A stretch of DNA of 64,000 nt, taken from IMG/VR virus record IMGVR_UViG_3300020438_000025. One strand, 5' to 3'. Shown one piece after another: positions 56,464-64,000 of the stretch (position 1 is the stretch's first letter; every line of letters begins with the position of its first letter). Position numbers and translations under genes: made by a program. The notes beneath the pieces are model-generated. The model did not search any database, had not been told where the DNA came from, and worked only from the letters and a program-made list of their open reading frames with translations. Source of the DNA: an uncultured virus (IMG/VR IMGVR_UViG_3300020438_000025) (Duplodnaviria > Heunggongvirae > Uroviricota > Caudoviricetes).

Positions 56464-57068
56464 ACGGGTTTAACATAAAATTTAGTGGTAAATCAGATAA
56501 TATTACCCAAAAAAATTGTGTAATTGGCTTAGATAGAGATGGCACACTAAACAAGTTACCAGAAGATTACGTTAAAAATGCTAATGAATGGATACCAATA
56601 CCTGGAAGTTTAGAAGCTGTTGCAAAATTGCGGAATAGTGGGTATTCTATTGTGATATTAAGTAATCAAGGCGGCATTGAAAAAGGTATTATGACCATCG
56701 ACGATGTAGAAGCAGTGCACAAAAAAATGTTTTCCTTATTAGGCCAAGCTGGTTGTGCTAGTATTGATGCTTTATACTATAGTGCAAGTGACAAAAAAAA
56801 CAATATGTTTGCAAAACCAAATCTTGGAATGTTCAAAAGATGTGAAAGAGAAAATCCTCATATAACGTTTAAAGGAGGATATTTTGTGGGGGATAGGTTG
56901 TGTGACATGAAGGCGGCCTTTAAAGTAGGTGCTACTCCTGTTTTAGTTAGATCTGGTCATGGTTTAACCACTGAAAAACAAATTACTAAAACATTTAAAA
57001 AATTTCACCAATCACAAATTTTAATTTTTAATAATTTACAAGATTTTGCAGATGATATTTGTGATTAA
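56460..57068 (+). CDS. gmhB: D-glycero-D-manno-heptose-1,7-bisphosphate phosphatase-like HAD
   Basis: LDRDGTLN, SNQGGI, KPNLGM and VGDR..D motifs. Confidence 0.85.
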   Translation: MNGFNIKFSGKSDNITQKNCVIGLDRDGTLNKLPEDYVKNANEWIPIPGSLEAVAKLRNSGYSIVILSNQGGIEKGIMTIDDVEAVHKKMFSLLGQAGCASIDALYYSASDKKNNMFAKPNLGMFKRCERENPHITFKGGYFVGDRLCDMKAAFKVGATPVLVRSGHGLTTEKQITKTFKKFHQSQILIFNNLQDFADDICD

Positions 57069-60000
57069 ATTTCTTTCCAATTAAGTGTAATATTTGCTAT
57101 TACTTCTTTTCTAGAAGTTTGGAATCGGTTTGATTCTAATTGTTTATTGGTATTAATTACTAATATATCAGGTCCATCTGGGTAAGTTCTGTTACTTCCT
57201 ATAGGAGAATTGAATAATGGTTTACATCCTGATAAATCTAGGTGTAATTTTTCACCAGGTATAGTAGTGCCTTTGAAAATTGTTTCACCCCCTTTTGCAT
57301 AAGTTGCAGTACCAGTTTCAAAAATAATTGAAGTATCTGCTGCAATATTTTGTATAGAATCTTGATTAAATGTAACCTCGTAAAATTCAATATTTTTTAA
57401 TTTCAATAATTGAACATTTGTAATAATAGTACCTATGGGCCAGTTGCTATCTGTTTGTGAAATTTTATCTCCAATTTTCCTAGTACCGGTATCCCATGCT
57501 GTTTTTAAAAATAATAATTTATTAGTTCTTGTGCCAATATAATTGTCATATTCAAATTTAAAAGTTGTTGCAGGCGTAGAAGTATGATCTAGTAATTGTT
57601 TCGACAATCCTCTATTATTGGCAGGATCTATACTTTCATAATGTAGATAGGTATTATCTGAATCTGAGGTGATATATTTTACATAGAATTCTGTAGTTGT
57701 GTTAGAAAAAGCATCTGGATTTTGACTGATAATTTTTGCACCTACCGGCACAGGGCCTAAGCTCCTTATCTGCGAACTTGCTATTGCAATAGGACTATTT
57801 TTAGTTGATTGTGCAGTGGTATAGACAAATCCTGCAGAACCGGCACCTGTTGTAAGTGTAGCTGCAGCAGTAACTACGGTAACTGTGCTTGCTGTAGTTA
57901 AGTTATTCCTCCAATCAATATTTTGAGCAAATGCAATCTGAGAAACACTTTTTTGAGATCCTTCTGCTACACCATTAAGATTAGTCCAAGAAATTTTACT
58001 ATCAACTTCTGGATAGTTTGTTGGGTTAAGCATTCCTTCAATTACAATACTGCCTGGCAGATCAGGTACTGTTTCAAAATTTATGAAATCAGTTGTATCT
58101 GTTGTTAAAGTTATTTCCGTAGTTGCTGTGGCAGATGCTCCTAATCTGAACTCAGTGCTGTTAACTATTCTTTTCACATAATATACTGTACCATCAGCTT
58201 GTATTCCGCCCATAGACGTTGCAGAAGGACTAACTCCTGAAAATTTAATTGGCATGTTTATAGATAAATTATGTGCCACTGAAGCAGTAATATTTCCGTT
58301 TGAATTAGTTGCTGTAATTGTACCAGTAATTACTTCTGGGGTTGGATACAAATCTTTAACTTGTACTTCTATACTATCTAGCTTAATTTTATTATAATTT
58401 ACTAAATTTCTTTCTCCTATATCACCAACTAAATTATTAGACAAACTTGGCGCAAGCCGTATCATAAAATTAGAATCCACTGAAGCATCTATTTGCTGAG
58501 TAGTGATATTATAGCAAAATTTGTTAGAATTAACTTCGTAATCTCCATCTACTTGATAATTGCTTGTCCAATGGTTTAGGATTGGATGTGCAGTCTGAGA
58601 TACAAATCTCACACCAGTCTTAGCTGTATGGGCACTTGCTGTACTACCAGTATATGCTCGTAATGATCCTGCATGATAATATTTTAATTTTGCAGCTCTA
58701 ACACAATTACCTAAGGTATTAGTGGTAGTATTGTTAGACCTATATTCAATTAATTCATTATCTATTAGCAAAACTCCAGTTGAAGGGAAATCTGCAGAAT
58801 TATTTACAACAACAGACGTTGCACTATTTGTTATAGCGGACGTTAATTTGGATCTTGGTCCTATATTTATTGACTCATATCTCACAGGCAAATTTGCAGT
58901 CCGCATATATACTTGATTTTTAATGTTAGCATTCCTAGTTCTATGCACAGTTATATACGTACCGTCTACTCCTTGGATAAGATATTCAACTGATCCACCA
59001 CCGTTCCAGCTGTATTGCACAGCTATCATTTGTATCTGAGAAATATCAACATTATAGCCACTAGGTCCTGTACCGTCAAGTTTATCAATATTGAAATTAT
59101 TTTGTGTGACCCTATGATCAACAATTTTATAAATTTTTTCATCTACAAGATCGTTTATTCCTCTCCATTGTGGACTTACAGAAAATTCAGTATCACTGCT
59201 TACTGCAGACACAGTATGAGTCATTCCTTTTATTACTACAGAGTCTCCTGCACAAAGTTGATCTGTAAATTTAGTATTTGTGCCAGTCACTGTGCTGGTT
59301 TTTTTATTAATATTAACACTGCCTGTTAATGGATTTGTACTGCTCCGTAGGGTGGTCACTAATTTATCGCCATCATATTCCCAAAAAACACCATCTTGAT
59401 CGGTATAAATTCCAGTTCTTACAGATGCTCCATCCCATTTTACAACAGTAATTTTTGTTGTAGAATCAATAATTGGTGTAGTAGAACTTAGCGGTCGGAT
59501 TGCCTTAATTGTAAAAGTTGTATCATCGATTATTTCAATAACTTTGTAATCAGATTCATTATCTACACCTGTATCTGGTCCACTATCATATCCTTCTGCA
59601 GATATTCCAGATATTCTCACAGTGCATCCTTTTTGTAAACCGTGCATCCTGTTATCAACTGTTACTGTGATAATACTGTCTATTGATGTAGCTTCTGATG
59701 TGATATTCCTTACTGAATAGTTTGGAGCAAATAATACTGCTGTGTTGAAAAACATTGATTTACCTGGTTGATATTTGAAGTAATCTTTTGTTTGCCGTAT
59801 TGCTTGTGCTCCGTATTCAGGTCCTCCTGTTGAAATTGCTACACTGCTTGATTGTGGTATATGTGAAAATGTTGAATTATTTTTAACAAATAATCTACCA
59901 TTTATAGGATCTCCAAAACTTTTTACTGGCACAATCTGTTGTACTTGATATTCGGTTAGATTTGCTCCAGTAACTTGAGAACTACCTCTTTTATATTTTA

Positions 60001-63000
60001 TACCATTAAGCGTATATTCATAATTATTGTTAATCACACCATTGTACACTGTGGTGTTTTGAAGTTGATTTACTAATAAAATAGTTTGTCCGTCCCATTT
60101 TATTTCTATTTGATTTGTAGTACTTCCTCCAAAATTTACCACACTTTCTTTATAAAAATCAGTTGTGTTATTATATCTTGTTGTTGTCTGATCTGGAAAA
60201 GTTAAAGATTCGTCTACAGTACCTGTGGTCCTTGCAAAATATTTGAAGGTTTTATCAGTAGGTACACTATGGATATTTGTAGTTAGCGTTGATAAATCAT
60301 GTTTATTAGAAGAAGTATGTGATTTTGAAAAATTTACTATGGAATTTCCTGGCACTAATCCATGAGGTGTTTCTGTAGTTCCAATAAATGATGTTAATTT
60401 ATCAAAATTTATCGTGCTTGATGTAGGTAATTCTGTAATTAGAGATTGACTTGTGGTAAATGTGCTCAAGAAATTTAAAGTTGATCCTGTAGCTACTGCT
60501 GAATAAGTTTGATGTAAAGCTGCTGTACTGTTAAGAACTATATCACCGCCAGCTGTTATAGATATAACACGGAGTATAAGATCATGAGTTGTACTAGACC
60601 CACCTAGATGTGCTCCATTAATCTTTATTTTATTTCCTACAGCATAATTTTGTCCACTTCTTTCAGCTATTGCACTATATGCTGTGGCTGTTCTTGTAAT
60701 AGAAAATTTTGCCCCAGTACCGGTAATCGTGTCATTTATAGTTGCTACTGTATTATATGAAGTTATTGCAGTTATAGCAGTTCCGCTTTGTACGCTAACT
60801 CCTGTCAGCTGTCTTGAAGAATTTACACTGTTTACGGTTAAAAGTAAATCATTTGCTGGCGTACTACCCATTAAAGATGTGCCTAAAATTTTAATGGCTT
60901 GACCGACTGCAAAGTTTGATCCAGTATTTGTAACAATTGGATTTGTATATGATCCAGCGTTCATTGATACAGTAAATTTACTTCCTGTGCCTGTTAAATT
61001 ATTTCCTGCTTTTCCAGTGACTGTTGTACCGTTTATACCAGATCCTAATGTAGAAAAAGTTAATATTGCACCTGTTGCATCAACTGTACTAACACTGATA
61101 GTAAGATTATTTGTGGTATTTTGTCCACCTAGATTAGATCCTTGAATAATTATAGTGTCTGCTACATTAAAATTATTTGTAGTAGTAAATGATACTGAAT
61201 AAACTCCTGCTATATTTTGAACAACAAAACTAGAAGCTGTACCTGAACCACTTGTAGTAAATGCAGGATTAGTAAAAGATACAGAACTATTTGGTGCTAC
61301 GCCGGTACTTGTGATTGTTGTAATTGCACCCGAGCCATCTACTCCTGTCACTGTAATTACAAGATCATTTGTATAAGTAACTCCTCCTGTAAAAGAATTG
61401 CCAACAATGACTAGTTTGTCATTTACTGTGTATCCGGATCCATTTTGATTTACAACTACATTAGTGTACACATTGTCTAAGTATGTCACGTCGAATGTTG
61501 CACTAGTACCACTTCCGCCATTTACTATGCCAGAGACTTCCGAAATAGTAGCACTACCATTAAAAGGAGTTCCGCTAGGAGTCGCTGCAGTGATTCCACC
61601 ACTTCCATTAATTGTATCAATAATAATAAATAGATCGTTAGCAGGCGACAAACCTCCTATAGTGGTTCCTAAGATTTTTAATCTATCACCTATAGCATAA
61701 TCCTGTCCAGCTGTAGATATCGTAATAGTATAACTAGTCCCGCTTGCTGCTACATTAAAAATTGCTCCAATTCCATTGTGTTGAACATTCGTGCCTTTTA
61801 TATTTGTATATGTTACTTGATTTCCTGTCAGAGCTGTTGTTATAGGAGCAGACAAATTTACATCATTGCCGTCTATAGATTGAACAAATATAGCCTTACC
61901 ATCACCTCTATCTAGTGCAAGATCAGTAATTATTCCACTGGTGTCAGAAAATGTAAGTTTAGTGTTACCGATTGCTGCATCATTAGTTAAAACAGGATTA
62001 ACATAAATACCTCCTGATGAACCAGTTGTTTGTAAACTTGTTACTTGTCCAATAACAGTTTTGGGGGTAATAGTTGCGGACACTGAACTACCTGATGCTG
62101 TTGCATTTTTTGACAGGGTGATGCTGTAATTAGGTCCAGTAGTGCCTATTATTTTCACTATTGAGTTTGATGCAATGCCTGTAGCACTCACTTGAGCTCC
62201 AACACTGAAATTACTAGTGTCAGTTGTAGTTATGATTGCATTTCCAGACGTAGTGGTTATAGTGGCACTTAATTGATTTGTTGCATAATAAACATTAGCT
62301 GGTGCGCCAAGTGTTGGTGTAGTACCAGTGAATGGATAATGCCTATTTCCTATAGGTGTTATTAAACTACTGGTGCTAGTAGTTTCTGCTCCTACACTAT
62401 CAACCGCTATAGTCATATTTTCAAGGTTACCGCCTGTAAAAAAATCACTTTTTTTGACAATAGTCTGAGGCACAGCAATATTTAGATAACTGTACAACAC
62501 TTGCTTTTTTACTTGATGTGATGTTGTTTCAAATGCACTTGCAGTCACAGTACCAAATAGATATCTATCATTTCCTAATTGATAAAATCCCTGTTGGAAA
62601 AAAGTGTCATCATTTGTATCAACAATAACAACGCCATTATATCTTATTTGCGTATTATAGACTGTCGGCGTGCCAGCTATAATTGTCCTATTCCATTGTG
62701 TTTGTCCATTCACATACAAAAACCCACTGTCTGAAACAACAGTAAAATCTGCGGAATAATTATTTGTGTTAGCAGCTTCAGTATCATTTCCTACTTTATT
62801 TTTCGCATAATATGTAAAACTTGTTGTAGAAGGAACACTGTTTATAATAAATGTTCCTTCTGCTGCTCCAGTGTTTGTAATTGTGTTTGTAAGATAATTT
62901 ACATTAACAGCATCACCTACTATTAGATTATGTGGTTTAAGGGTATTCACTGTAATAAGAGAACTGCCTATCTTATCTGAATTGATACTTACATCAGTAG

Positions 63001-64000
63001 TAATACTTGTTGTTTTTATTGGAATTTGAGATTTTTCGTATATTGATGGATAACTTTGTTGAAGAGAAACGTTATTCCATTTTTCTTCCTGCATACCATA
63101 TTCAAAATCTGTTTGGTCAATAGTTGTTGCTTGAGATATTCTAGCTTTTCCTACAATATCTTGCCCTATACCACTAGGAGTTGTAAATAGTACCGATTCA
63201 TTATTTTCAGTATTTTCTACAAAAATTTGCAATTGATCAGTAGCAGTTTGTGAGTTTGTGTTATAATTTAATTCTAGTTTAGTAATTGTACTAGAATTTT
63301 CAACAAAGGTTGGAAAATCAATATCTGTTAATGGTGTAGTTTTTGATACTTTTCCACCTGTTTGATTATTTGTAAAATTATAAATTACACTATTGTCTTT
63401 TAAATTTGTTATTATTAAAAAATCTGAAATATTGTAATCAATAGGTAATTTTACATACCCTACTCCGTCAAGTATTAATGTAGGTGCATTATCTAAACCT
63501 TTAAAAACTGTATCAACTATATTTTGAACGTATCCGGAAAAAATACTGGCTGCGTCTGATTCAGCTGTATAATTAGTGTCAATAGTTTGACTAACAGTAC
63601 CAGTGTGACTATAAGCAGTGTTTGTAAAAATATTATTAACGACAGTTTCTCCTATCCAACTGTATACATCACTTTCTGGCACCCTGTTACCTACAACTTG
63701 TGATATTGATGCGTCCCAGTACTTTTGTACAAAATTTATTAAAGACTCATTACCGCCATATCTAAAATTAAATTCTAATGTGTCAAGTGCTGTGTCTATT
63801 TTATTATTGATTTCTGTATTTGTGTAGCTATAATCTGTTAACCAAGTTTCTGTATCAAGTATATTTGTCCTGTTGTTATTGATTGTAGTATTTGCATTCT
63901 GCAACTCTGTGTCAGCCCACAATGATATCGTAGGAGTTGTTCTGGTTAAGTTATTTAATGCTGTTGTAGCTGCACTTAAATTTGTAGCTGAAATAATATC
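57065..64000 (-). CDS. Giant (>2300 aa) virion structural protein (tail/baseplate-associated), 5' end outside the window
   Basis: Frame is open to base 64000; Thr/Gly/Ser-rich beta repeats (G..Y.VGD.L.I.G..LGG.TP.NDL), DFEYG and RQT..YF.YQPGK motifs. Confidence 0.85.
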   Translation of the reverse strand, partial: DIISATNLSAATTALNNLTRTTPTISLWADTELQNANTTINNNRTNILDTETWLTDYSYTNTEINNKIDTALDTLEFNFRYGGNESLINFVQKYWDASISQVVGNRVPESDVYSWIGETVVNNIFTNTAYSHTGTVSQTIDTNYTAESDAASIFSGYVQNIVDTVFKGLDNAPTLILDGVGYVKLPIDYNISDFLIITNLKDNSVIYNFTNNQTGGKVSKTTPLTDIDFPTFVENSSTITKLELNYNTNSQTATDQLQIFVENTENNESVLFTTPSGIGQDIVGKARISQATTIDQTDFEYGMQEEKWNNVSLQQSYPSIYEKSQIPIKTTSITTDVSINSDKIGSSLITVNTLKPHNLIVGDAVNVNYLTNTITNTGAAEGTFIINSVPSTTSFTYYAKNKVGNDTEAANTNNYSADFTVVSDSGFLYVNGQTQWNRTIIAGTPTVYNTQIRYNGVVIVDTNDDTFFQQGFYQLGNDRYLFGTVTASAFETTSHQVKKQVLYSYLNIAVPQTIVKKSDFFTGGNLENMTIAVDSVGAETTSTSSLITPIGNRHYPFTGTTPTLGAPANVYYATNQLSATITTTSGNAIITTTDTSNFSVGAQVSATGIASNSIVKIIGTTGPNYSITLSKNATASGSSVSATITPKTVIGQVTSLQTTGSSGGIYVNPVLTNDAAIGNTKLTFSDTSGIITDLALDRGDGKAIFVQSIDGNDVNLSAPITTALTGNQVTYTNIKGTNVQHNGIGAIFNVAASGTSYTITISTAGQDYAIGDRLKILGTTIGGLSPANDLFIIIDTINGSGGITAATPSGTPFNGSATISEVSGIVNGGSGTSATFDVTYLDNVYTNVVVNQNGSGYTVNDKLVIVGNSFTGGVTYTNDLVITVTGVDGSGAITTITSTGVAPNSSVSFTNPAFTTSGSGTASSFVVQNIAGVYSVSFTTTNNFNVADTIIIQGSNLGGQNTTNNLTISVSTVDATGAILTFSTLGSGINGTTVTGKAGNNLTGTGSKFTVSMNAGSYTNPIVTNTGSNFAVGQAIKILGTSLMGSTPANDLLLTVNSVNSSRQLTGVSVQSGTAITAITSYNTVATINDTITGTGAKFSITRTATAYSAIAERSGQNYAVGNKIKINGAHLGGSSTTHDLILRVISITAGGDIVLNSTAALHQTYSAVATGSTLNFLSTFTTSQSLITELPTSSTINFDKLTSFIGTTETPHGLVPGNSIVNFSKSHTSSNKHDLSTLTTNIHSVPTDKTFKYFARTTGTVDESLTFPDQTTTRYNNTTDFYKESVVNFGGSTTNQIEIKWDGQTILLVNQLQNTTVYNGVINNNYEYTLNGIKYKRGSSQVTGANLTEYQVQQIVPVKSFGDPINGRLFVKNNSTFSHIPQSSSVAISTGGPEYGAQAIRQTKDYFKYQPGKSMFFNTAVLFAPNYSVRNITSEATSIDSIITVTVDNRMHGLQKGCTVRISGISAEGYDSGPDTGVDNESDYKVIEIIDDTTFTIKAIRPLSSTTPIIDSTTKITVVKWDGASVRTGIYTDQDGVFWEYDGDKLVTTLRSSTNPLTGSVNINKKTSTVTGTNTKFTDQLCAGDSVVIKGMTHTVSAVSSDTEFSVSPQWRGINDLVDEKIYKIVDHRVTQNNFNIDKLDGTGPSGYNVDISQIQMIAVQYSWNGGGSVEYLIQGVDGTYITVHRTRNANIKNQVYMRTANLPVRYESINIGPRSKLTSAITNSATSVVVNNSADFPSTGVLLIDNELIEYRSNNTTTNTLGNCVRAAKLKYYHAGSLRAYTGSTASAHTAKTGVRFVSQTAHPILNHWTSNYQVDGDYEVNSNKFCYNITTQQIDASVDSNFMIRLAPSLSNNLVGDIGERNLVNYNKIKLDSIEVQVKDLYPTPEVITGTITATNSNGNITASVAHNLSINMPIKFSGVSPSATSMGGIQADGTVYYVKRIVNSTEFRLGASATATTEITLTTDTTDFINFETVPDLPGSIVIEGMLNPTNYPEVDSKISWTNLNGVAEGSQKSVSQIAFAQNIDWRNNLTTASTVTVVTAAATLTTGAGSAGFVYTTAQSTKNSPIAIASSQIRSLGPVPVGAKIISQNPDAFSNTTTEFYVKYITSDSDNTYLHYESIDPANNRGLSKQLLDHTSTPATTFKFEYDNYIGTRTNKLLFLKTAWDTGTRKIGDKISQTDSNWPIGTIITNVQLLKLKNIEFYEVTFNQDSIQNIAADTSIIFETGTATYAKGGETIFKGTTIPGEKLHLDLSGCKPLFNSPIGSNRTYPDGPDILVINTNKQLESNRFQTSRKEVIANITLNWKEI

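Noticed and set aside
1..64000. tRNA genes, introns/inteins and stop-codon recoding
   Set aside because: No cloverleaf was recognised in the short intergenic gaps, core genes are uninterrupted and of normal length, and all three stop codons end genes. This was by eye only; tRNAscan-SE or Infernal would be decisive.

Overview
64 kb of a large, AT-rich T4-like myovirus genome, probably an uncultured aquatic jumbo-type phage. The host is likely a Gram-negative bacterium, inferred from sigma70 promoters, IHF-like sites, an ExbB/ExbD-like pair and GmhB. Four blocks are visible. (1) 1-4.3 kb: a more GC-rich, plus-strand early region of six modular cassettes. Each has a sigma70 promoter, a conserved structured ~55-nt leader and a small gene; two also carry a fixed-spacing inverted pair of IHF-consensus sites. 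(2) 4.4-13.4 kb: an accessory block with a kinase-like protein, SGNH and degenerate 2OG-Fe(II) proteins, a probable virion-packaged PD-(D/E)XK nuclease, a three-gene MotA/ExbB-ExbD-like membrane motor module, a compact PHP-less DnaE and a CDGSH-ferredoxin reductase fusion. (3) 13.4-33 kb: replication and recombination genes (gp41, gp61, mini-DnaE, gp62-like, UvsW, UvsY, UvsX, gp32), interrupted by a carbamoyltransferase, peptide deformylase and a six-gene glycosyltransferase cluster. (4) 33-64 kb: packaging and morphogenesis genes (TerL, TerS, gp4, internal head proteins, S8 protease, repeat-containing fibre, tube, sheath, neck gp13/14/15 and a giant structural protein truncated at the window edge), plus rpiB, Nudix, cupin and gmhB. 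Many genes appear to be leaderless. No tRNA, CRISPR array, intein, reverse transcriptase or recoding was recognised. All family assignments come from motif recognition by eye; no searches were run.
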